42,412 nt of DNA from Basidiobolus meristosporus CBS 931.73 (lineage: Eukaryota; Fungi; Basidiobolomycota). Position 1 is the first letter of the stretch, and each line of letters opens with the position of its first letter. The notes below the pieces were generated by a model. The model worked only from the letters and a program-made list of their open reading frames with translations. It did no database searches and was not told the origin of the DNA. Positions 32,006-42,412 of this stretch are shown piece after piece. A program made the translations under genes and the position numbers. The stretch spans positions 1-42,412 of the forward strand of contig MCFE01000717.1 in the NCBI GenBank assembly GCA_002104905.1. The letters run 5' to 3'.

Positions 32006-33909
32006 TCAAGCGGAGGTGGAGACAGCGGCGATTCTCCCGTCCAACTTGGGATGGAGGTGGCGCATCTCCTCTATGTACCGGATCACCGTGGATCGCAGGT
32101 TGCCGTGGGTAAGGTACGAAGCGACCGGCGGGGAGATCAGATTGTCCCCGCCCTTGGCCACGAAGTCCAAAGTGGTGATCGGGTAGAGGGACTCCGGGTG
32201 GACAGGCTCGTACGTGGATCGGTTGACGTCCAGGATCTCCAAGGACCTAAGTCGAGCGGTCTCGGGGCCGTTGGGGTCATAGGTGAACCGAATCCCCGCC
32301 ACCTGGATCCTCCCCGGGATCCGCTGGTGGTTGAGAAGGTTTCGCCGACAGAGGACCCCCTCGATCAGGTCGTGAATCTGCTGTCCGGTAAGGAGGAGGT
32401 CCACGACAGAGCTGTCGAACGGAATCACCCGGAAGATCTCTTGGTTTCGGATCTCCCCTTCTTCAAGGCCGCCTTGCACATCGCCGGAATTGTAGATGAC
32501 GGCACGAGAGGTGCTCCGGGCGTGGAGCATCGCATCCCCCACCAGGTTCCCGATGGCGGATTCTCCGATCGTCCAATACTTGGGTGGGTCGAAAGCGCGG
32601 GTGGCCCGACCGATCACCCGATCCATGTACTCCCGCAAGGGGACACGTAGACCTTGGATGACCTGGAGGGCCACCGGGTCTTCGGGCACCCCGCCGTCCA
32701 GCAAAATAGGCGCACCTTCGATGGAGCGAATGCGGCCTTGATCGTCCAGTTGAAGCTTGAGATGTCCAACGTATCTGCCCCAGGACCACACCTAACGTGA
32801 GAGAGTGATCAGTGACCGTACCATATAGACACGAAGGGGCTCTATAACCGACCTGAGTGATATACGTTGGTAGGCCATCGAGATTCCGCACGACGGTAGG
32901 GTAACCTCCTTTCGCAGACCAATGGTGAGGGTCGGAGGGATTGCTCGAAAGGAAGGTGTGGCTGTGGCCACCAATGATCAGGTCGATGTCGGTGGTCTGT
33001 GCAGCCAGGTCGACATCCTCTTGGTACCCGGTGTGACTGAGAACCACGATCGTTTTCACTCCGATCCGTTTGAGCTCTTGCGCGTACCTCCTCACCGCGT
33101 GTATAGGATTGGTGAATCGAACGTTGGGCCCAGGGTTGGACGTGAAGCCGGTTGTGTTGGTGATGATCCCTATAACTCCTAGACTGTATTGAGGGAAGAT
33201 ATGGTACGGTTTGACCTAACCAAGAACGTTAGCGCTCGTCAGGAGCACGCTGACCCAGGGGGGAGGGTACCTTTTTGGCTAGGTCGGACTCAGCCCCGAC
33301 CTCCAGGTTGGCGCACACAACAGGAAAGAGAAGGTTTCCAAGAAATTCGGCCAGCTGGTCGCTGCCCTCGTCGAACTCGTGGTTTCCAAGGGACTATCGA
33401 AAGAAGGTTGGGTCAGGTCAGACAAACACGCCCAGACTCAGTTGAAAAGGAAACCCAATACCATCAGATCGTAGCCAAGCAAATTCATCACCCGGTGACT
33501 AACATTGCCCTATGTTCAAAGGGGGGGAGGTAGGTAACGTTAGCTACGTGAACGGTGGGCACCACCCCAACCCCGCAACCAGACCTCTACTGACTTTGTA
33601 GTAACCGTAATACGCGGTGCCGGAAAACTGGTCGCCCGCATCCAACAGCAGTGAATCGGGGGCTTGCTTACGTATCCTGTCGATCACGGTTTTCTGCCTT
33701 GCCACGCCGCCCAAACAATCCGCCACGTCAGCCTCGCATTCCTTTCCGTTGTCGTAGAACGGAACGACGTGCGCGTGTATGTCGTTCGTGTGAAGGATGA
33801 CCAGGGTTCGAAGTCGGGGCACCGAGGCTCTTTGGAAAACCACGCACACCACCACTAACAACAGGGCTATTCCCAGCGCAATGTACCGGGTGGCGAGTTT
33901 CGCACTCAT
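32006..33909 (-). CDS. 5'-nucleotidase/apyrase family protein (calcineurin-like phosphoesterase plus 5'-nucleotidase C domain), ~544 aa, 5 exons: 33909-33595, 33509-33462, 33393-33271, 33215-32853, 32791-32006
   Basis: Motifs LHTNDIH, LDAGDQFSGT, GNHEFD, VLSHTG, GGHSH, GESAIGN and DFVAKGGD. GT-AG introns with CTAAC-type branch points join in frame. N-terminal hydrophobic signal/anchor. Confidence 0.93.
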
Positions 33910-34115
33910 CGGGTATAGGAAAGATCGCACTACGCTAATCACGAGCAACGACCAGTGATTTATACGCACAGTTACTCAGAAAAAAAGGCCCATCCCGATC
34001 GAAGGCAAATCCATCCATCGCTCAACGAAGGGGGAAACTCTTAGGGGAAACTCGTAGCAATCATGAATAGAGACGCTTTATTGGAACTGCTCTTATAGAT
34101 ACAGAGGGAAACCCC

Positions 34116-34553
34116 TTAAGATCTAGGCTTCTCCTTCTTCTCCTTGTAGAGGGCAAGAAGAGAGACACCGGAGACCTTGACGACCTTGAAACGAACACCT
34201 GGAATATCACCGACGGCACGTCCCTTACGACCGAAACCGGAGATGAGGACTTCGTCGTTCTCCTCGACAAAGTTCAAACAACCATCGTTGGGAACGAAGG
34301 CGGTGATCTTCTTTCCGTTCTTGATAAGCTGGACACGAACGCACTTACGAATGGCGGAGTTAGGTTGCTTGGCTTCGACACCGATCTTTTCAAGGACGAT
34401 ACCCTTGGCGTGGGAGGAACCACCGAAGGGAGAGGACTTGAAAGCAGTACCAAGAGCTCTCTTCTTGTATTGTTTGTCGGCCCAACGTTCTTCACGACGA
34501 TGGTTGCGCAATTTACGAGCGGCCTGAAGACCTCTAGGCTTTCCTTTACCCAT
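34116..34553 (-). CDS. RPS23: 40S ribosomal protein S23 (uS12), 145 aa
   Basis: [15 protein letters not shown]...[34 protein letters not shown]...[13 protein letters not shown], single ORF. Confidence 0.99.
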   Translation of the reverse strand: MGKGKPRGLQAARKLRNHRREERWADKQYKKRALGTAFKSSPFGGSSHAKGIVLEKIGVEAKQPNSAIRKCVRVQLIKNGKKITAFVPNDGCLNFVEENDEVLISGFGRKGRAVGDIPGVRFKVVKVSGVSLLALYKEKKEKPRS

Positions 34554-34728
34554 TTCGAATCAAAGTCCTACTGTTTGAGAAGGAAAGTTGGTATATGGCA
34601 TGGATCTCTTCGTTATATACGCCGAGGGGAAAAAAATTCCATCCAGACCGGAACCAAGCTCCCTGATTTGCCCGTACTCAGCGATCGTTCGCATTGGCAT
34701 TCTGGGAATCGGATTACAGCCGTTTCCA

Positions 34729-34806
34729 CCCTAACTAAACTAACCAAACTTCGCTAATTACCCGCAAGGGTCTGGAACCTCGGTGATCACGTGAACGACT
34801 CACGTG
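34729..34806. promoter_or_regulatory. Candidate RPS23 upstream elements: CCCTAA and two CACGTG E-boxes
   Basis: CCCTAA at 34,729-34,734; CACGTG at 34,788-34,793 and 34,801-34,806, about 180-250 bp upstream of the ATG. Confidence 0.35.
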
Positions 34807-35214
34807 CCCCCGTGGTCAGTTGGAAGCAGAAAATTTGCTGTGCCTTGACATATCCGTTGGGCGACACTTCACGCTAAGCCACTAATATCTCGTCATCTGT
34901 CCAAGCAGGCACGACCACCCATGCTGCGGGGGACGGACCAGACGAGTGCGGATGATCTCATCAGTCGAACAAATCAACCAAGCATGTATACATTCGAAAG
35001 CAAGCGGGCAAAAAGAGCCATCACTTTCAAAGGGGTTCCATAGAAACCGGGATTTATTCGTCCATTAACGGTGAGAAGGGGAACAGCATGTCACTGTCAC
35101 TATGGAGTGAAAGGATGTAAAATATAGACTAGATGAGTGTAACAGTTGGCGAACAAACTAAAGCAGTCGACTAGGCTTCAACTGGATAGGTTGAAAGTTC
35201 TGGTCATAAGGGAA

Positions 35215-35607
35215 TTAGTTCTTGGTTTGGGAGACGTGGCTCTCGAGCTTGCTTTGGATGCTCTCAAGGTGTTGCTTGGCCTTGGCGACCTCCTCTTGCA
35301 GGTGCTTCAACTTCTCGGCTTCCTGTGGGAGGGGGACAAGGTATCAGTTAGCAAGAAAATCCTCAGCAAAAGACGGGACAAACGAAACCAACCTGACGTC
35401 TGAAGTATTGGTCCTCAACGGCCTTTTCCTAGAAATCGAATGGAGTGAGCCCTCTGGCGAAAAGAGGGGAGGGGGGAAAGCGAGGTCGTGTCCAGGAAAT
35501 ACCTTCTTGGAGATGCTGCCACCAGCCTCGTTGATGGTGCCGGAGTAGCCAGCGGAGTAGGAGCGAGCGAAAACGCGGGTGTTACGGGTAGCGAAAGTTC
35601 TGAGCAT
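35215..35607 (-). CDS. INH1: Mitochondrial F1Fo-ATPase inhibitor IF1 (IATP family), 82 aa, exons 35607-35503, 35428-35393, 35322-35215
   Basis: Spliced product MLRTFATRNTRVFARSYSAGYSGTINEAGGSISKK-EKAVEDQYFRRQ-EAEKLKHLQEEVAKAKQHLESIQSKLESHVSQTKN: Arg-rich presequence, GG.F.K.EKA.EDQYF-type motif, coiled coil. Confidence 0.9.
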
Positions 35608-35913
35608 ATCGAATATTAACTAAGGTTAAACTATGGAGAGGTTGCGCACGCAGAAGTTTTAATAATGAATCGCCCGTCTACAAATTCACCCTCTGCCCCC
35701 TACCCCTCAACCCTCACCCCTCACCCCACACTCGTTTTCTGGGGTTTTGGGAAAAATGGTCAACATCGCGAAAATCACCCCATTCCGGATTGAATCGAAC
35801 ATCAATATTGATATTATACGGATCTGTCTAGTGGTATCGCTACCATTCGCCCGAATTTCACATTGTAGCAGCATATATTGGATGTTTGGGATATAATTAC
35901 AATGATACAATAC

Positions 35914-38661
35914 TCAGGGAGTGGACGAGGCTGTGATCTCAAAATTCGCTACTAAGCGAGGCAGTAGGTCGATGCCGCCTTGTGGATCAGAAGCAGTCGG
36001 TTGCTGATAGGACGAGAAGGATCCATCGAATTCGTCAGTGACGTCGTTGTGCCTTACGATCATTGATTTACGTCGTGGTGTGGGTCGGGCGTGTTTTGAT
36101 GAGGTGTAGGTGCGGTGGGCAGCGAGGGTGCCGGTGATCCAGTGATGTTGCAGCCCTTCATCGGCCGTCATGCGTTTCTCCGGATCCCATTCCAAACATT
36201 TGGAGATGAAGTCCATGAACGCCTCGTCGGTGCACCGTAGAGCCTTGGTCAGGTTCTTCGATCCCGGGCACCTTCTCTTTCCCTTGGAATTGATCACTGG
36301 ACGTGGTGCAGAGCTGGAATCTATCATCACAAAGGGTCACTAAACTCAATCGTCGATTGGGCCAATGGGTGGGTGGAGGTTTACCAAAGAATGCGACTCT
36401 GCGGGAGCTCTTGTCGATGAGGTAAGCGGGCGGGGTGCCTAGGATTTCCATGATGCAACTCAGCTGCTCCCTTTCGTTCTCCCAGGGAACAGCGGGTAGC
36501 CGGTGTACAGCTCGGCCATGATGCACCCAGGCTCCACATATCAATCGCGGTGTTGTAGGGCATCCCCATGATCACCTCTGGGGACCGGTAGAACCGCTCT
36601 GGATGTAGGTGTAGACTTGGAGTGGAGTTAGCTCTGATCTCGTCTTTGCAGCCTACATTCAACTTACTTCTCTCGCTCTCAAAGCAACTGCTTCCAAGGT
36701 CAATCACCTTGACCGCGCTCTTGTTTCGCGATTTCAGTAGCACGTTCTGCAATGAGGGTGGAATCGATGAGCAACAGTATGTATAAGAGACCCTGCCATC
36801 CATACCTCAGGTTTCAGATCACAATGGACCACGTGATGCTTGTTCAGCAGAGATAGCGCTCGGAGCATTTGGACCGTAAAGCGGCGGATCAGGCTGACGT
36901 TACATCCGCGGAAAGAATTGCTCTTTAGGAATTCGTAGAGATTCATACTCAACAGTTCAAACACGATACAAAGGTGCTCTCGGAAGTAGAAATGTCGATA
37001 GATATGGACCAGATTCGCCGTGTCATTGGGGTCCTAGGGAGGAGTGGTTAGTGGACGGCGGTGGAGCGGCCGTACATCCGCGACCTACCCATTTCTTGAT
37101 GTACTCCAGAATCTTCAACTCTACCAACGCTTGTGTGTGAAACTTCTTCTTGTTGCGGATCAGTTTGATGGCTACCCGCTCCCCGGTTTTGTGGTCAAGT
37201 GCTTTGATTACTTGCCCGAAAGAGCCTTTCCCGAGGACCTCGAGTATCTCGTAGCGATATTGAAGATGGTCGTTTAACACAATCTGGTAATCACCGCGAT
37301 CGTCGTCAAATCCTGTAAAGTCGGTTAGCTCTTCTAAGACATGATCGCGTGGGTATAGGTGTGGGTGCGGTGCTTTACCGTAAGTCTCGCTCAGACATGG
37401 TTTCTTCTGGCAATTCTGGCCACAATAGTAGACCTTCGGGAAGTTTGAGATTTCCACCCGTTCATGGCTAAGAAGGTTGAATGTTGGAGTCTTCAATACA
37501 TCTAAGAGATGGAATGTTAGCGCAATGGCATCCCCGGCTACACTGAAGGCTACCTACATTGAGGGGACAGGAATGAACTCAATCTTGGTTCATCCCCGTC
37601 TCTTCGCGTAGCTGAGATGTCCATAGATTCCGTGGTGGGGTGCCTATATTGGGCTGCTGGCATTCTCTTTGTTTCTGCTTCTCGCGATTTCGTATTGCTC
37701 TCGATATTGTGATTGTCTTGTAGACCAGCCAATCTGGTTTTCGATGTGGAATGCATAGGATTTCCATATCTCATTGGTTTGTCAGAAGCAGGGCCATCCT
37801 TTGCCATTGGCTGTCTCTGTCCTGGGGAATCGAGCTGAGATAGGTTAGATCGATCTCGCACCAGCCCATAAAAACCGACCGCTACCTTCTTTTGGCTTGG
37901 TTGAAGAAATGGCACACATGGCACACTCACTGTAGAAAGGGAATTGGCGCGTATTCTTGTGAACAGGGAGGAGGATTTTAGCGCTGAAACGCCACTGGGG
38001 TTTTTCTGATTCGGGTTAGATGGGCCGCCGACCACCGGGTTCGTTTTCGGCCCACTATATGTGAAGGATCTCACGCGAGATTTGTTTCTCAAGCCTTCTG
38101 ACTTGTGTCCTATTTTTGACTTGGGGCTTAATTTAATGTCAGTGCTGGAGGATTGAGCTGCATCCGAGCATTAAAGCAGACCTATACTTTACCTCGCGCT
38201 GGCAGCGGTCTGGGGTGATGAAGGCGGCTGAATCCAAGCCTTGGGAAGTGCAGTCACGGTTGGGCGAGGTTGCACAGCACGAGGGCCTGTTACAATGCTA
38301 ATTAATCCTCGTAACCCGATGCCGATCAGCGTGCATGTAACCTACCAGGCAATGGAATGGTTGATTTTCCCGAACTGAGGGAGCCGTTCATGCGAGGAGC
38401 AGCAGAGCCGCTGCTGAAGGAGATAGACCTCTTATGCCTTATCCTCACGACAGGTAGCTCGGCTGTCTGTGAAATTGGCTGTTCTTGAGAAGGAACCACT
38501 GAGGGGGGTATGTGCGATAGGGAAGGGCCCCTCCTATTAGTATGTACCGGTGCTGGGGCCGGAAGATTCCGCGTGTATTCAAACGTCCTGCGGTCGCTTC
38601 GAGTTAAAGGGAGCGCTTGACCCCCGATGAATGCTGCCGAGTCGGTGGGAGCAATTTGCAT
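35914..38661 (-). CDS. Class-2 DYRK dual-specificity kinase (DYRK2/Pom1-like), multi-exon; three single-base deletions in the activation-loop exon as assembled
   Basis: DH box [54 protein letters not shown](S)[25 protein letters not shown]. 5' exons and start codon (38,661) uncertain because phases near 38,190-38,340 could not be reconciled. Confidence 0.88.
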
Positions 38662-39296
38662 ATTACAATACGAGATCACTTAAAAATAGAAGCTTCTGGC
38701 AGTTGACCTAAAGAAAGAAAGGGGACATTTAGTCACAGGCGGAGTCAAGTACATGGTTTCGAATATTACAAGTGGGCAGTGTCTACTCGGGAACGGAAGC
38801 GAGGCTAGGGGAAAGGCAGGTTATTCATATCCATATAGGATATAGGGGATATTCGCATTGGTGGCTGGGCCTAGCAAAAATAGCGAATCCACAACCAGCG
38901 AATTGGCTTGATGTATGAATCAGCATTGTGAATCATTAAGGTTCTGCGCTCAACATTATTTGCTCAAAAATAGGCCTGATTTGGGGCTTGGAATCGTGAC
39001 TTGCGTAAAGTAGATAGAGTTGCTCCACAGGCCAAGTCGAAGCAAAAATGGAGGTTGCATGGAGCAGATCGATTAATCGAATGGGGACAATTAAAAATAG
39101 ATCAGCTGGATGTAGCCGGACCAACCAAGGCAAATATTCATTTGTTTTTAATTTTTCTGGACTACGAATTTCATATACCAACCCCTTCAAAAATAGCTAG
39201 AAGCTTGGTGCGAGCCAAAGTTACAACTCTAAAAATACTCCGTCCCAATGTGTATATATACGTTGCTGGTTTATTTGATACGACATCAATCTCACC

Positions 39297-40097
39297 ATGA
39301 AGTGCTACTCTTACTATCTTATCTTCGCTCTTTCCCTTGCCGCCCTCGGCAATGCTCAGAGCCCTTCTCCTAGTGGAACTCTAACCTCAACTACTACGTT
39401 GTCTTCAACAACCACGACAAACACTTCAGAAACTTCTGTCTCAACCGAAGTAACAACTGATGTCAGCACCGTTAGCCCAACAAGTAGCCGTACCGAATCT
39501 AGTAGCGCTCCCACCGAGTCCAGCAGTGCTCCCACCGAGTCCAGTAGTGCCCCCACCGAATCTATTGGGCTTAGGCCTACCGAATCTAGTAGCGCTGTCT
39601 CTTCCAGTGGATCTTCAACTGCCACCCCCGCCCCATCAAAATGTACTACCACCGTTCATCCAACCAAATGCCCTACTACGACTCCTAGTGGCGACGATTG
39701 TGACGACGACGATGACCACGATGACGACTGTGACGAGGATGATGGTAAGGACGATGGGGACGACTGTGACGAGGGTGACGAGGGTGACAATAAGGACGAT
39801 GGGGACGACTGTGACGAGGACGATGATAAGGGCGACGATGAGGATTGCGACGACGACCATGATGGAGGCAAGGAAGATGATGACTGCGACAATGAGGATG
39901 GGGATGATAACGGTGATGAGGACGATTGCGATGATGAGGGTGAGGGTGAGGGTGATAATGACGGCTGTGACCATGGAGAATACAAATGCAAAGGGGACCA
40001 CTTTGTCCAGTGTATCCACGGCTCCTGGGTAGATAAATCCTGCTCTGAGGGCAGCAAGTGCGAGGGCAAAGGCAAGGGCGTCATCTGTCAATACTAG
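39297..40097 (+). CDS. Secreted Ser/Thr-rich, Asp/Cys-rich protein with C-terminal CBM19-like chitin-binding module, 266 aa
   Basis: Signal peptide MKCYSYYLIFALSLAALGNA, PTESSSA repeats, DDCD repeats, and a six-Cys tail CDHGEYKC...FVQCIHGSWVDKSC...C...CQY. Confidence 0.85.
   Translation: MKCYSYYLIFALSLAALGNAQSPSPSGTLTSTTTLSSTTTTNTSETSVSTEVTTDVSTVSPTSSRTESSSAPTESSSAPTESSSAPTESIGLRPTESSSAVSSSGSSTATPAPSKCTTTVHPTKCPTTTPSGDDCDDDDDHDDDCDEDDGKDDGDDCDEGDEGDNKDDGDDCDEDDDKGDDEDCDDDHDGGKEDDDCDNEDGDDNGDEDDCDDEGEGEGDNDGCDHGEYKCKGDHFVQCIHGSWVDKSCSEGSKCEGKGKGVICQY
39490..39600 (+). repeat. Coding 21-nt tandem repeat (PTESSSA), 3-4 imperfect units
   Basis: ACCGA(A/G)TC(T/C)AG(T/C)AG(C/T)GC(T/C)CCC repeated. 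Confidence 0.8.
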
Positions 40098-40333
40098 AGG
40101 CGGAGACCAGAAGAGAAGATATCCACCTATTAATATCCCTTAATGCTGAGTGCTGTTATTAAATATATCTCTATATCTACGTTGAGTATAGTTATTAAAT
40201 GTATTTCCGTTTGTCCCTGGTAAAATGAAATAAACACCTGAATCTTAGTAATGTTGACTCAACGTGACATTGGGACCACCTACACATTGCATATAAATCC
40301 ACCGGTCGGTTAGTGGGAATCCCAAAAATCCCA

Positions 40334-41214
40334 ATGACTTCCCAATCCTGGTCCCCTAGCAACTACGCCACACACGCGAACTTCGTGCCAAACCTGACTG
40401 TCGATGTGGTGAAGCTGCTTCAGCCATCATCCGAATGGAGCATCTTGGACCTTGGTTGTGGTGATGGCGTGCTCACGAAGAAGCTGGAGGGCATATGCAA
40501 CAAGGTGGTGGGCGTTGACTCAAGCCCAGAAATGATTGAAGCGGCCAAGCAACTCGGTTGCCAAGATGCGAGAGTCGTTGATGGCCATGAGCTTGATCCT
40601 GCTCAGTTCGAGGAAAAGTTCGATGCGGTGTTCTCCAACGCAGGTAACTAGATTCCAAGAAGTGGCTTCGTCATCGTGTCACGTGTGATTAATTTGTTTG
40701 AACCAAGCACTACACTGGATGAAGAAGGATCCAGCGGCCGTGATCCGCGGAGTCCGCGATGTATTGAAGCCTAATGGAAGGTTCGTTGGGGAGATGGGTG
40801 GTCACCTCAATTGCCATGGTTAGTAGCGATCAGCGATCCGACTTCCCGTACGATCCTAAAATTTCAACATCAGAGCTACATTCGGCGCTCATCCATGCGG
40901 TGAACAAACGCGGACAGAACGGAGTCGAGCTCTCCCCTTGGTTTTTCCCCACCGTAGAAGAATATGCTGAGCTCCTGGAAGCTAATGGATTCAAGGTTGA
41001 GCATATTGAACTCGTACCCCGTATTACTCCTCTTCCAACCGATGTGGGTGGATGGGTAAGGACTTTCGGTGGAAGCTTCTTCAAACCCTTCGACAGGGAA
41101 ACCCAAGAAGAAATGATTCAGGAGGTGATGGATTTCCTGAAGCCGGTGTGCTACCGACAAAATCAATGGTCAGTCATGTATGTTAGGCTTAGGTTTGTCG
41201 CATTCCGAGTATAA
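40334..41214 (+). CDS. Class I SAM-dependent methyltransferase (Methyltransf_11/Tam-like), exons 40334-40643, 40708-~40818, ~40874-41214
   Basis: Motif I ILDLGCGDG, VGVDSSPEMI, FDAVFSNA|ALHWM, LKPNGRFVGEMGG, PWFFPTVEEY, and terminal YVRLRFVA. Two GT-AG introns join in frame. Confidence 0.9.
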
Positions 41215-41685
41215 GAGGGGCGAGGATGATTTTTAAAATAGTTTTATTGATATTTTGATTGGATCCGGCTAACGATGGACGTTACCTATTGAGAATGAAC
41301 GGTTAGAGTATGATCATGAATAGGACAAAACTGAGAAAGATTGAAAGCGTTTCAGTAGGAACAATTGGTAAATAAAGTTATGAATCATGGAGTTGCAATC
41401 ATGAAATCACGTGTCATCATGTACGCTGGTTGGGAAGAATAAATGAAGTAGGTACTTACCAAGATGTCTGAGGAAGGTGAGGAGCTATGGGGGTACTCGC
41501 TACAGTTTTATACGTGAAGAAAAAAATTCAAGGGTACCTGGCATAACCAAGATCCACCCCAAAACATTCCATTCTCTTCCATCACCAAGGGTGGTTAATT
41601 TGATGTTTAGTTTATTCCACTACGCAAACAATATCTACATCATGCCACTAGATTCATCCTACATTAGCCTTGTACTCTTTGAGCA

Positions 41686-42178
41686 ATGTCGTCCGAAGCA
41701 GCCAGTCCAAAGTTCAAGGTCCACCAATTCTCCACACTATACCTGAATGAGCCCATTTATTTTCAGGTGATTCTTCTCGAAGATAGCGTTTTTGTGTGGA
41801 TGGGGAATGTCCTGACTCTTGAAGCCTTGGCAGTTGCTATGCCACCGCGTAATCAGGTTATTAAAGGTAGTTTACTGTTGAAGAGAACTTTTCCAGGCTA
41901 ACGTTCAGTCTAGAGCTTCAATGTCAACGCCACAAACTTGCTGGGAAACTCACCTACCGATGTTGATACCAACTTTGCCAAGCGCTTAGGTAAGGCTTAA
42001 AAAACAGATCTTTTTGGACCGGTGTTCTAAAGCGTACTTTCTGCTCTTCTTCTCGCCAATAGCGTCGAAGTTCAAGCGGCAGTTTTTCGTCAGTTCGCAA
42101 CTCCCAAGCGATCCTGAACACCAGGTCTTTGCCGAGCGTGAGGTCTTCCGTAAGCTCAAGGAACTTCTAGAACAATAG
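41686..42178 (+). CDS. PSMG4: Proteasome assembly chaperone 4, exons 41686-41856, 41914-41989, 42063-42178
   Basis: Spliced product ...FQVILLEDSVFVWMG...LAVAMP...ATNLLG...FAKRLASKFKRQFFVSSQLP...FAEREVFRKLKELL matches the PAC4 pattern; introns join in frame. Confidence 0.8.
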
Positions 42179-42412
42179 ACTCTTCGAATAAATGACGGAC
42201 GTTTTTCGTGACCACTCGCCCGAAACGTCAGTAACGTAGTGCGTAAAAAACTGACGTGCGTTCTACCCTCAGCCATGTACTAAGAAACTACAATCTTCAC
42301 ACTATACAATACACTTTTCCCCACTACCTCATGCATGTTCTTTCACATACATGCATATACCTTCAGTATACTATTTGTCCAGAATACTGATTTGTGCTTC
42401 GAAACTGTGGAT

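Noticed and set aside
31892-32650. 252-aa plus-strand ORF, and other long antisense ORFs over RPS23, DYRK and the secreted protein
   Set aside because: Shadow frames of GC-rich or repetitive genes on the opposite strand, with no independent motifs.

Overview
Eukaryotic (fungal-type, intron-containing) DNA with two sharply separated compartments. Bases 1 to ~31,480 are an AT-rich, almost CpG-free graveyard of nested, decayed transposons. Its classifiable elements are a Ty3/gypsy gag-pro-RT start, three copies of a CACTA/EnSpm-type element whose Tnp2 transposase sits head-to-head with a long unidentified ORF (here ORF-H), a 4.8-kb PIF/Harbinger-superfamily element with a DDE transposase and a probable Myb/SANT partner, three ~730-bp fold-back MITEs sharing its termini, and Ty1/copia remnants with LTRs. 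It also holds three copies of an unclassified ~1.2-kb TG...CA element (here Y) with 4-bp GATN target duplications and a terminal 30-bp hairpin whose loop occurs in both orientations. Several junctions can be resolved to the base using target-site duplications and empty-site paralogs within the window. Bases ~31,480-42,412 are CpG-rich and gene-dense, with seven host genes: a 5'-nucleotidase, RPS23, the mitochondrial ATPase inhibitor IF1, a class-2 DYRK kinase (three single-base deletions in one exon), a secreted Ser/Thr- and Asp/Cys-rich protein with a CBM19-like tail, a class I SAM methyltransferase and PSMG4. The gene set and style suggest an early-diverging fungus (inference only). All alignments and translations were done by eye; approximate coordinates are marked as such.
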